NCBI GenBank assembly: GCA_030141605.1
Contig: JAQGDQ010002372.1
Span: 1-64,000 of the forward strand
Direction: 5' to 3'
DNA length: 64,000 bases
Origin: Tubiluchus corallicola
Lineage: Eukaryota; Animalia; Priapulida
Shown here: one piece after another, positions 51,246 through 64,000 of the stretch
Numbering within the stretch: the stretch's first letter is position 1
Layout: each line of letters opens with the position of its first letter
Program-made: the position numbers and the translations under genes
Notes under the pieces: model-generated
Databases searched by the model: none
Told to the model about the DNA's origin: nothing
The model's input: the letters and a program-made list of their open reading frames with translations, nothing else

Positions 51246-53029
51246 TATAAAGAAAGAAGAACTATTGTACAAAGAGAGAATGGTTTCTTCAGGATGCAAT
51301 TTTTTCACTTCATTACACTTCGAATGAGTATCCTACACATGAATTTTAATTACATTTCACAAATTTATTTACTTTGGGGCTTAATTAACGTAGGCTCATT
51401 TTACGCGCTTTTAAGACGGTTCTCACAGCTTCGCCGAGAAGCTAAAAGCGAAGCCTTCAATGAGCAGTTATCACTATCCGACACACAAACTCTTAACAAT
51501 TGGGGAAGCCAGCGAGTAATTAGAGAGTAGTGCTACTTAGCGCTGACCGCTTGGATAAGTACACAAGACTTAACAGGAAATATGGTTACTTTTGCCACCG
51601 TACTTAGCAAGAGCTTGAGGCCGATGCCACGCATTAAAACTTGAAACCAGCTATTTAATGAAGCGTATTAATTCACTTAGTGTGATATTAGGGACATTTC
51701 ACACACGGTTCATGCAATGAACGTGACGACTCATATTGCTGCGATATACTGCACGCTGATTATAGAGCGTGGAATGGCATGCTATAGGCTGTAAGCGTAA
51801 AGGTGCTCACATTGTGCTTACAATGCAAAACATTGAGTTAGTGCTGACTGCTGATACTTTGGGTGTCAAAAACGTATCAACCACAATGATACAATATATA
51901 TTATATATACGTACGTTATACAATCTGTACGTTATATATTATTTTGTTTGAATAAACCTAAACTGTATTTAGAAATTACTTATCAAGTATAATTTTGTGA
52001 ATACATCCAACAGGCTCTCAGTCTAGTTTAGCACCAGTACAAAAATTGGTAAAAGAATTAAAGGAAACGAGAAAAATTATTCACATATAACAAGACGTGT
52101 CCTTTGTTTTCAAACCATCTCGTAAAATAGAGCAAAATGGCAAAAGCATTTTCTTTTCAAAGATTGTCTATGTTACGTGTTCAGATTTGTAAACAAACAG
52201 TTTACCAGTTTTCAAAATTGTCTTATTGTTCATGCCCGCATAACAATTGATCATTGTTCAGTCTTACTGTTATATCCACACAATAATAGCTGATAATTTT
52301 CAAACTATTTTATAGAAAATTGGTTTTTTTGAATAATTTTATACAATTAAACTAATTAAATATTCACCTGATGATAACTGGAAATCAAGCCCAAACATCC
52401 TGCTATTTGCAAATAATGCGAGACTCTTGGTTGCAATAACTCCTCTACTGATCTTTACATCGATACTGTTCCCCCCTGTCAAATCAGTGGCGGTAGTTAT
52501 ACATGGCATATTTGGCTCCTTTAGCTTTATTTCAAATACCGGGTTGGATGTCGGAATTTGAAGCCTAAATTTATCTAGTCCACATTTACTCGGCACACAT
52601 GGAATCATGTAATTATGAAGCCCATAAGGTTTCATAATTACAGGCAGCTCAAATGCATATGGCGCAGTAAGATATAATATTCAGCTCGCAATGATTTAAT
52701 GCAAGTATCGGCTTCACATTGCTGCCTATTTGCGAGTGTTGTATCTAAAATGTCAGAGAAGCTTCAGCTAAACCAGCGCTTTCATATCATATATGCTTCA
52801 CAGTGCAAGATGAAGCCAGCCGATACTGTATGTCGCACAACACCTTTATGTCAACTGGAAATAGACAGGTTAGAGGTTCTATATAAATAACGAGTTTAAT
52901 AAGGACCCCAGGTTTCGTATAGCGTGACAATGATTGTACAAAAATTGTAGTTTATGGTTATGGTTCCTACTAACATAAAGGTTCGCTAAATAAACCAGAT
53001 GCGTAATTTCAAAAAGTACGTTTTATAAT

Positions 53030-55770
53030 AGACCAGAAGAAAATGCCGAAAAGGTAGAGCTATAAAGTTCTAGGTCTATAAAAGCGGGCAACACAGGCAG
53101 TCTTATCAATTTGAACCCGAAAAAATGTCAGCTTGGAAAATAGGCGAAAAACAGTGAAAATCGCAAAAACCGAAATGGCTGCCAAGTTTTGCATAAGCTA
53201 AATTAATCAAAAGAAATTCACAACAAATTGATATTAAGAAGCGACTATGACATCTATTCTATGGTAGACAAACCTATTCACTCCATTTCTGTTACTTTCT
53301 TTTCAAAAATGCCGCCACGCCACACGCAATTATGCCATTCCTGCAGTTATATAAGCTGTTTCACCTAAAGATTTATTAACAAAACACAAACATCAATTCG
53401 ACCTTGTTGAATCCAAAAAACTGCTGAACCCCAAAGAGGAGGTAAGGAAATTAAACAGTCCAATAAAAGCAAAAAAAACAAGATAGCCACCAGGACCGAA
53501 ATATGGTTTAGTAAAATGTTCAAAAAATTGCTAATTTCACCCAAAATTTTGCACAATGGTAGAACCCATCAAGGTGATATTAGATATGGGTCAACCGAAA
53601 ATCCTCCAATATAGCCGCCGTTTTCAAGATGGCCGACAAGATGTCTTTTGCCACTATATCAAGGCCGTATCTTAAGTGTTAGAATAGATAAGATGACCAT
53701 TTTGGAGTGTAAATTTAGGTTTTCAATGTTTAAGACCACATCTGATACTTAAAATACCTAAGACGTCATGTTATTTAGTATTTCAAGAGGGTTCCAAGAT
53801 GTTGCAGGTGCTCATGTAATATGTTAGCTACATTGTATGTTCTTAGGCTGATAGGGTGAGGATTTTAGCATGTAGACATAGGCTTTAACTGCAAATGATT
53901 TAGGGTAGCATCCAGTGTGGCATTCAAGATGGCTGATGCTGAACAACACTTATGACATCACCTATTTAATATTTCAATATGTTTGCCAAGATAGCTGCTG
54001 CGGCTTCTATAATGTATCAGCTAAATCGTACGTTCTACTGGAGATTAGTTTTAAAGATCAAGTATTTACGTATTAGTATTATTCATATTAAACCTTAACG
54101 ATATCAGCAATATCATGTATGCACATCACTCATTTAATGTACGAGTTGATAACGAGGCCAGCAATAAGAAACAAACTGTCTGTGTCAGAATCTTGATATA
54201 CATAACATAGATAACACTACCTTAAAAACATTTCTCACATTCACCACCACATTTGCACAGAGCTATACAAACAAAACTTGCTTGAACACACTTACATATG
54301 CCATATAGCATTTGGTTGGCTGGCAGTAATACTTAATTACGTTAAATGTTATGTTAACTGGGTACTGGTAACTGGTTAACTAGTTACTTTACTTTAAAAA
54401 CGACTTCTGGCCTTAGTGTCCAGTGCTGTTCGCACGTCACATCAGTAGGGACCTCTTCTTGCCTCGTCAAATGGTGAAGGTGAAGTTGGGGCATTGATTA
54501 ATATCTGGCTTAGCCGTATCGTGCCTGATATACCACATGTTTGTTGTGCTCCTACGGTGCTGCAGACTCTGGAGGACTTGGCTCAATTGACTTTCTTTTT
54601 TTGTGAATGCTGCTCAACTCTAGCAGTGTTTCTTAGAGATATAAATGCCTCAGACGCTTACCATGTGAGCCGAGCGAGTTTTTTCCTTTCTCTCTGTAAA
54701 TGCTCAAGTCTTGTCGTAACAGTAGGTAGGCTATTGGCACGGAATGGTGATAACGCTGATTTCGTGGCGCTTGGCATTCACAATTTGACATTGACTAGGA
54801 TATTGCCTTTGTAAGCTACTGACAGCCATCTTTTCGGCCATTTTGAAAATGGTGGTCATACTGTATACTACCCTAAATCCTTGATCTTTAAATAATATAA
54901 TTAGATACTAAAATCATCATCTCATTTGCCTTAGAACATGCAATATAGCTAATATATTACACAAGTGATCACAGCCGTCTTGGCAATCGTCTTAAACCCC
55001 AATTTAAGTGATGCCATGGGTGTTTTAGCATCAGATATGGATTCCTTGACCTTGAGAACTTATACTTAGACACCAAAACCTTTGCTTGTCTGCTCTAATA
55101 GCTAAAATAGGGCTTGTAATAATTAGCAATTTTCATCTTCTCAGCCATCTCAAAAATGAATGATTTTCGATAAGACTCATAGCCAAAATTAATCAATCTG
55201 ATGTGTTCTGGAATTACGCAAAGTTTTATAACTCACAGGCGAAATGAATAAGTTTTTCATCATTCTGTTAGATGCTAGATATATGAGGAATCCTATTGTC
55301 ATCTTCTTATTGGACTGCTTAAGTGGATTTGCATTTTTGGCCTAATAGCAGTTTGTGAGATTCAGCAAGGTCGAGTTAATAAAAATAACTTGCTTTTTGT
55401 TTTTATAATAAACCTTTATATAGATAATAGTAAATAGTTAATATAATTGCATGAATGGCATAATTTTGCTTTGTGCGGTTGCCATTTTTGAAATAAAAGT
55501 ACCAGAAATGGATTCCTTAGGTACAGCCACCCTGGAACAGATGGCATGATAATCGCCGCTTAATGGTAATTTTCTGGGAATTTGTTTTTATTTACGTTGT
55601 TTGTGCAAAAAGCTTGGCCGCTATTTTGTTTTTCTTTTGCGTTTTTGAAGTTTCCGCTAATTTTTCAAGTTGCCAACAGTTTTTTCGGGTTCAGCGTAAT
55701 AAAATTGATAGGACTATCTATGTTGCCTATTTTAGAAAAGAATGCAATCCAGAGTTCCACTTTTCTGACA
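53030..55770 (-). mobile_element. Old foldback-like DNA transposon derivative with long diverged inverted arms (Academ-like)
   Basis: 53080-53360 is an inverted match to ~55430-55735, and 53600-53760 to ~55015-55160. The central minus-strand remnant 54231-54302 encodes GICKCVQASFVCIALCKCGGECEK, resembling the Cys-rich C-terminus of AcademX-type transposases. Confidence 0.65.
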
Positions 55771-56869
55771 ATCCCATTAAATCCTTTAAAATAAAAAAAA
55801 ATGTATTGAAAAAAGACAACTTTATTATAGCAAGTGGCGACTTTCTAACAGGGATTGAATTAAACTTTTAGATTTATATAGTGGATATAAATCTAAGGAT
55901 TCTGTATTGTGGATAGCGAGTCTAACTTCATCGCCTGGGCTGGTGTAGATATTGGGAGATTCCTCATAACCAGGAAGTGGGTGTATGAACAATTAAAATA
56001 AGTGTGGCCTCTATTAATTAAAATAATCCTATACTCGATTAATTATACGGTGTAGAATACATTTTTGCAGCGGAAACAAGATACAGTGCTTAAAGTCTGT
56101 GCATACTACATGTATTAGCATTCTCACCGAGGGATCTAGTTTCCAAATTGCACCTTTGTAGTAAATAATACTTTCTACAAAATGTGCATAATACAGAATA
56201 TTAACTCAATTTATGGCCACAAGAAATCTTAGTTCTCATTAAAAAGTTTTGGAAGCAAAAACTAGCGAATTAAAATTGCATTTGTGCAGAGAAGGGCAAG
56301 TGCATTTCCCGATGTTATCCTGAATCATATTCTGATTCTTTTGTAAAAAATCGAAAACTCAAGGGCCGTCCGAAAATTTATACCCTTATCATGTGTTGCT
56401 TATAACTTATTAAGAGAGTTATAGCATTTAAAGTAAATTATTGGACCGAAATTTTGATAAATTGGCTCGGTTTCCAAAAAAACTTAAGCAATTTGCCAAA
56501 GCTTAAAAATGTGACGGAGTTTTGCCTAGCAGAAAAGGCAAGTATATTATGCCACGGATCATAAATCCACCTAGAAGCAATCTAGAAGCAGTTGAACTGT
56601 TACTGTAAGAATTAAGCGATTTATTAAGAAATGTTATAATGTTAAGGAATCATGCGTTATTTTAGATACTGCTATCACAAGATCTTCGTTCGTCTTGCAT
56701 TATGGACGTATGTAACAATCTTGGTAATGGAACCTATTCAGCATGAATCGACGTGCGTTGTAGAAAGCTTGAGAGAACAAAGGTTCGTGAAGCATCATCA
56801 AACAATGATATAAGACCAGTTGCTACTCCGCAAATAAGGATATATTGTTAGAAACTAAAATATAAATCG

Positions 56870-57420
56870 GATGTTCTGAAACAAGAATGTTTAATTGCAG
56901 AAGATAACATTGTTGAAAATGAAACAAGTAATTTTTTAATGAAGAAATCAATAGCTGGTACAAAATTCTACATATAAGAAGCCCGATGAAACCGCATTTA
57001 TAGCAGCAGCAGCAGCTGTCCTGCATGCAGGGATACTCAACGACAATATGAGGAATCAATGTGAAAGGAGTACTCGTTTGCATAAATGCGACATTTATGA
57101 AGCAATGAAGAAAAATCCTGTAAAGATAGCAATAAAAAAGATTTAGTGCATGTAGCAGGAGACCCTCATGGAGGAAGACATTGCAGCTTGACCTCAAGTC
57201 AGACCCAATCAGACCCGTAATTATACCAATTGAGTTACGGTGACAGGCCGAGATACAGTCCAGATGTGTAGCTGCAGTACAACAGCAAGGCCAAACAGTA
57301 GGTTTATAAAAATGGAGAGCGGCATCAAGATTTAGATATTTCGAATACGGTACTGGTTTTCTTCTCATCTCTCATCAAAGATAGGATCAGAATCTCTTGA
57401 AAAAATTCGGATAAATACAT
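56870..57420 (-). pseudogene. Degenerate 3' fragment of a CR1-group LINE RT ORF
   Basis: KYLNLDAALHFYKPTVWPCC...AATHLD...LIGSDLRSS...LNLFYCYLY resembles the post-RT region (LYKSLIRP.MEYC...SLFYRYY) of CR1/Crack-type elements. Confidence 0.55.
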
Positions 57421-57960
57421 GGATTGCACACAGGTACAGTCGAGTCACAGGGAAAAGTTTATTATTTATTGGTAGCATATCATAAGTTTTTAACGGAATT
57501 TGAAATATTTTATTAAGTTAATATGTGGCAATAATATTTCGACACAGGCATTTCAGATGCTCTCACTTATCGACGCTTCCTCTTGTGTCATTTGCTTCCA
57601 TCTCCTTTCTGTTGGCCATTTTTAATAAACAGTCACGTGAGCGGTCAACGGTTTGGTTACTGGTTTTTGACAAAATAAATTTAATGCAATATGGACAGAA
57701 TAGTATTACAATGAAAGAATGATTTATAAGTTAACCAGTTACCCCTCTCGTAGCTGAGCTATTAATAAATGTATTCACTATAAATTTATGTTTGCATGAA
57801 AAACAAAACTGTTTGCCAAACGTATTCTGATTATAAGGCAGCTATTAAATGATTTATTGGCTGTTTGAATTGTGAGCGGTAAAAAATTGTAAATTATTTT
57901 TTTATCAATTAAATGTTATTTCATATATTAACTTGATCTTCGTGTCGTCATTGTAGTCGT

Positions 57961-58004
<44 letters not shown>

Positions 58005-58005
58005 T
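57961..58005. repeat. (CAT)n microsatellite
   Basis: Perfect ATC trinucleotide run. Confidence 0.95.
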
Positions 58006-59970
58006 AACATCAATCAGCTTTAGATATCGGGTGTTTTGTAAATAACTACCAAGTCTCGAGTCAGAACTCGAATCGGAATGAAAAGTGAAGTAGACTTTAA
58101 TTTACCTAAATAACTGAATAGTTATTTAAGTAAACAATCGGCTTAAAGGATTCACTTCTTTACCAACGAATAACGATCTAATTAATGATCCATAGAATCA
58201 TAATTTTGATCCCCATGACTCTTCATTTTCTAGAGCGTTTGCACTACTTAACCTTTTAACTGCATCTTTATTATGGGCTTTTTGAAATTTTGTTTACACA
58301 TGATTTATTACAGGGTCTTTTAGTGAGGTGTTTTTTTTGAAAATCTAACCCATTTTATATAACCCTGCGACGAGTCTGTTGTTGATTCTCAATAATAACT
58401 TTTGTGCTTTCTAAAACTGGTTTCTGGTGACTGTATAAGTCACAAAAAACTCAGAGAAAAATCGCATGCAGATGTACTACTATAATAGTAAGCAGAAGTG
58501 AAAATGCACAAAGTGTCATGCACATAAATCGTCAGCCACAGACTCATCTGTTGTGATTTATTATTACGGCTGCTATTAGTATCACCCAATGCAATATTTG
58601 TTTAGAAAGGACATTTATAGTATTCGATGCTTGGTCTTTGTATAACTGTACAGATTTCCCTGGAGTGTGTGTCCGTGCTTCTTGAAGTTTCGTCATCGGC
58701 AAACAGTGCATTTAGAAACACCATTCAAAGATTATTTACTTTTGAGCGAATGTTGTATAGTCTTTGATGGCATGCCTTCGTCGTGAATACTATCTAATGA
58801 CGTTAGAGGTTAGGAGAATATTGATTCCCTCTCCGGATCAAAAAAGAACATCTTGTTATACCAGTGTAAGTGAAAGTCCCCTAAAATGTGATCTGGTGTT
58901 CACGTTTGGTTGTGTTGTTGACTGGTGTACCGACATCACAGTACAATTTAGTTTATTTTTCCGCCTGCTACTTACGTACCTACCTGCCCATATCTGTCTA
59001 TCTCATGGCTTGCCTGCTGATTTATATATGGGTGAATCTTTGTCTGTAGGTGTATTTGGTTTTTAAATTGTTCAAACCACAATTTTCAGAGTGGTAGAGG
59101 AGGTTAGAAGGAGTTAAACTACCTAAACTACCCAAACTAACACATTTTTAGGTATAATTATGTGTATAATAGCTCAATAAATTGCTAATGCGGTTTAGGT
59201 GGTTGACACTTTACTATTTTTTACTCAACGCAGGGCTGCTTTGAATGTTCACACGAGTGATACTAACATGCCAAACGTTGGTTAACTTCGGCTGCTAAAC
59301 ACACCCCATTGTTGTTCTTCCCTAGTTGCTTAATCCCCTCACATAACGCACATAACATTCCTCGCTGAACAGTAATCAGTTGATCATAGCTATTTTTTAT
59401 TTATTCTTTCATACCAGTACAGATAAGCCTGACTGAATACTGACTATGGATAGATAATTCATGCCCTGCTTTCAGTAGTAAAATGGCGCGGTCTTCAATC
59501 TCGAACAGCCAATCCCCAACGGAAGCTTCAGAACTTTTAAAAAGAGAACTTTGTTGTAGAAGGATTTGAAAACGTGTAAATCAAGCTTCAAAAATCGGTA
59601 AACTTTTTTGTGTGATCGAAATTATTTCGGAAGTGGTCCACACTCCGCAAACACACACGCATAAATATGAAAATTAGTTATAAATTACGTCATATCATGA
59701 TGAGATAGTATACATAATAAGTTAATACAAACGCAGTTAAAACTCTACACTACGAAGAGGCTTTTAGCTATTATTTTGGGAACGAGTTAAGACAAGGTCG
59801 CTTTTTAAATTTATCTACATGCGGTTAAATATTTTTTGGCAGATTCTGGAGGATTTAAGGTAACTTTGCATCAATTTTGCATCAAATTTTACTTTCAAGC
59901 TGTCTTGCACTATTACAATGGCTTACAATGATTCTACTTTAACATTGTTTGTGCAGAATACTATACAGTA

Positions 59971-60829
59971 TGTAAAATGGCACAGGAAAAAGGTATAGGG
60001 ACAAATGAAAAAGTAGGTAAAAATGGCACAGGTAAAAATGGCACAGGAAAAATGGCACACTACTTAGCAAAATGTCTGTTTAGGGTTAGGGTTACAGTAA
60101 TTATTTTGGCTACTTTTACCTCTGTCAAGAAAGTTATTCTTCAACACAGTTCGTTTTGTTGTTTTTTGTCTGTTATGGCAGTAAGCCTGTTACGCAAAAA
60201 ACTATCTAATAGATTTCCCAGAAACTTCATGAAGAAAGGCGGGCTTAAGGGGTGCCAAAATGGGAAAATGTAAAAAACATGCATGAAGTACTTCGTGAAG
60301 CTTTCAGAGGGAGTGTTTAGTGCTTCTTTTTTGTTATCTCCACTTAACTGTTTTTATTAATGTGTATAGCCTAATAAGGTGATTTGGTAGTTATATATAT
60401 TTGTCAGTCTATTACAATCGCCAAAATTAATGGTTAAAAAGATAGATAAACACTATGCGGAACATTCGTGCATTATTGATTATAAATCTGTGAGACTTTT
60501 GCTAGTCTATTTATAGCAATGTAGACTCTATATAAACTCCATATAATATATAGACTCTATATAATATCAATATAGGAACATTTTTGTGTGTTTGCTAGTT
60601 TATCTTTGTGTCAAGTTTTTTAATCAGAAGAACAGATGAATAAGTAGGATTGTTCGGCTTTAGCGGAAATCTGCTTCCTACTAAGCCCATTCTAGATTTA
60701 TTAAAAAATCAATTGCATCAAAATAACATGTGCCATTTTCCCTACTTTTCCATGTGGGCAATTTTTCCTGTGCCATTTTTACTTGCTTTTCCGTTTGTGC
60801 GATTTTTCCTGTGTTATTTTTAGCGTACC
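59971..60829 (+). mobile_element. Family A TIR element, copy 3
   Basis: Same arms and interior as 39999-41052 in the same orientation. Ends GCGTACC. Confidence 0.8.
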
Positions 60830-61000
60830 CCAGCAAGATCTAGTGCTGCTGCAGCTATCACGATTTTTACATAGTTATAACAGTACATGCAAACGTCCTT
60901 ACGTCATTATTGAATAACTTGACTTCTTCAGGTTTGTTAAACATTCTCGGTTGGAACAGCGTCTTCAGTGGAGGAAATTAAAATTCGTATTTCTTTGCAG

Positions 61001-61132
61001 TTACGAGTCTTAAGTGTTACGAGTGCACCAACGAAAAGTCCAACTTAAATTGCAGCCAAGAAACCAACATAGCAGATTGCTCGACGAAGCCAACTTCAAC
61101 CGACACATGCGAAACAGTGGTCGAATATCACA
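61001..61132 (+). CDS. Ly6/uPAR (three-finger) domain exon
   Basis: TTTCTTTGCAG| acceptor and |GTAAGC donor, phase 1-1. Encodes TSLKCYECTNEKSNLNCSQETNIADCSTKPTSTDTCETVVEYH, with the LxCYxC start and the first five LU cysteines. Confidence 0.85.
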
Positions 61133-61394
61133 GTAAGCATTTTTTTCTTACTTAGCACTTCCTACTCTAATCTAATTTACATTTTTTGGATTAAAACTCT
61201 CACGCTGATATGATACTGAATAGTAAGTCCGTGTTTTAGTCCTGATTGCCATTTTGACCAATAATCAACGTTACTTAACGTTAAAAATTCGTATTTTGAT
61301 TCAAATCACATTAAATAAATCGTCACACAATCAGGATGGTCAAAATGACCAAGATTTAGTAGACACATTAACTGTTTGTAGAACAGTTACCTTA

Positions 61395-61617
61395 TTTGTT
61401 TTTAAACTTTTGACGTGCTGAAATTTCGTTTTTTTACACAAAGTCAGTTTTGGTTTTGATGATGATGATGATGCTAAATCCTTCCATTGAAATAGTATAA
61501 ACATTTGTTTTTAAACTTTTGAAGTGCTGAAATTTCGTTTTTTTTTACACAAAGTCAGTTTTGGTTTTGATGATGATGATGATGATGCTAAATCCTTCCA
61601 TTGAAATAGTATAAACA
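61395..61617. repeat. Recent ~108-bp tandem duplication containing (GAT)n
   Basis: ATTTGTTTTTAAACTTTTGA...CCATTGAAATAGTATAAAC occurs twice. The copies differ by one substitution, a T-run length and the GAT copy number. Confidence 0.92.
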
Positions 61618-62945
61618 TGTATATATTACAGGCAACGCGTGAAATTTGGATGTTGTACCTATAAATGATTTCATATTGCACCTATACATGTCTGGAAAAG
61701 TGTGAAATAAATGTTTTAGCTGCGGCATTTTCACGTTTCACAGACGATTTGTCCTAAGCTAGGACCTAAGCAGAATGCGCAAAGTAGCTTTGGCAAATTA
61801 TAAAATGAACGTAATTCTTAAATTTAATATATGTAGGCACTTGCGTAAAATGGCTTAGCCAATATATTAAATTATGCAAGAAGTTCAAGTAAACATGCAA
61901 GTTAATTGTTTTATTGGCAATCTAAAAAAACTTTTATAAAAAATAAAAATGTAAAACTGAGTGGCAAGAATTAAATAATAAAATAACCGATTTTAGAATA
62001 ATTGTGGGATTCTAAACTATTTTAGAATAATTCGGCGATGTAACGTGTGTCACAAGGTATATGAATCAGTTCATTTTTAACACCATTTCCTTCTTGTACA
62101 GGTGCCATATGATTGCTTTCTTGTTGGAATAACCATAACACAATGTACCATAGGCAGTAATGCATTAACTTTAAAGTCATTCATGATTAAGTCATGATTA
62201 AAAAATTACTGGTATTTTTGTCACTTATAAAAACTGTGTTCGTTGCTTTATAAATGCTTGCCACTTTGTAATGCAGTGTAAAATCGTTCTTCTCATTTTA
62301 AACACCGTGTAGCTAAACATTTCTTCATCCATCCTACGTGAAACACTATTAGAATGGAAATACTAATTTTCCTTGAATCTAGCTAATCGTTTTTCTCATT
62401 TAATGCTTTCCAGAAGAAATTCATTTATCAGTGTTTACTGTGGTCATTATCTGTTTTTCGGAAAAAATTAAATAGTGCGTATTTAAAGAAGACCTATTTA
62501 TATATTAGAATGTAAGAAACCCCAAGTATGTAACCATACAACAATGCATAGGTTAAATCTATTTAATGGGCATCATACGTTTAACTGGCCTATTTGGATA
62601 CTGAACGTCTGTGCAATGATCCGTGGTACCATGCAAAATTTCTGCCCGATAAAGCTGTATTAGGCTGATAACTTTCAAAGACAAATGTGACAACAACATC
62701 AACAACAACAACAGCGTCACTTTGCACCGAATTTCTACAGTTTCTACACTTCATTATATAGAATGCCTAGGAAAATTTCAACAAAAACAATTGTTTAACT
62801 TTCACGTTACCCAAAATTTATTCAGTATTCTATAAAATGCTTAGGAACAGTATATCTGAAACAAAAGAATGACATGCTTTGCCTAATAAAAATTCCGCAT
62901 TATATTTAAGAGGAAAGGTGCAGAAGAATTTATCTTTGACACTTT

Positions 62946-63225
<280 letters not shown>

Positions 63226-64000
63226 ATAGACATACACCTTAATTTGTTTCAAACCTTTCGCCCTTATATCATAAAATACAAAAATAAAAAATTAAAAGCT
63301 ACCAACTACATGCCAATATATACACTGCCTCTATTTGCTGGCAGATAAGTTAATAATTATCTATCTATACTATTACTTCAAAAGTATTATGTACTTCGGA
63401 GAAGAAACGGCTAACGGGTAAAGGTATTATAAGTTTTGCGATTCAGTAATACATGCTGCGTAGCTTCGAGGTAAGTATGTGTTTTGGCCTTGGTTTTCTT
63501 TTGTCTAAAAGAAATCACAATGATAAGTTGCATAAGTGCGTTGTTTGTACCGGAAAATTGATTTGAATTTGAATTTCAGAAGTTCTTCCATGTAAAGCAG
63601 TACTTACAAACGTACAAAAAACAGATATATCCCTATACAAAAATTAGTAAAACACACTACTAATACAATGCGCACAATAATTTATGTCCAACACAATAAC
63701 TGATAATTTTGATAACACTAATATACTGGATAAAATTCCACTGCTCAGATCTATTAATCTACAAGTAAGTCATGCGTGATGAAAATGTTGTAATGCATCA
63801 ATTAGTGCAGCAATGAGACTAACGAGTTACAATGTAGAAATTAATCAAAATTCAGATCTAATGTTATTTTATTTATGCTATTGTATTAATGGCTAGTTAG
63901 AATTGAACCGAATTCTGCTAAGCTTACAAAGCATATTGCAATGTGCCATGCTAATTTTCTTTAATGTCTACATAGTAATTATTCTACATACTTTGTTATT

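Noticed and set aside
63378-63470. Candidate third Ly6 exon ending at donor GAG|GTAAGT
   Set aside because: All three frames contain stops and there is no CCxxxxCN motif. At most a non-coding exon.

Overview
AT-rich, intron-containing animal genomic DNA (probably a non-arthropod invertebrate; taxon is inference only), rich in microsatellites and transposon debris. No rRNA, tRNA gene or CRISPR array was seen. Main contents: (1) a near-intact minus-strand non-LTR retrotransposon (ORF1 10104-11279; APE-RT ORF2 6814-10104 with one in-frame TGA; no RNase H) whose 3' end also occurs as a second copy with the (TAA)n tail at 101-537, next to a (GA)n tract; (2) between the two LINE 3'-end copies, a 6.2-kb block carrying three in-phase exons of a TTLL tubulin glutamylase-type gene, a Helitron-like element, a telomere-like MITE and a possible solo LTR; (3) the 3' 16 exons (11834-27846, +) of a type I membrane protein with an ependymin/LolA-like segment, a SEA-like segment, four PAN/apple domains and a TM helix; (4) a probable Ly6/uPAR three-finger gene with its signal-peptide exon at 29398 and next exon at 61001, a ~31.5-kb intron; (5) solo LTRs, Tc1/mariner, Academ-like, Helentron-like, SINE and CR1-like remnants. 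All calls come from manual reading. No database searches were run, and the 101-11690 arrangement may be an assembly mis-join.
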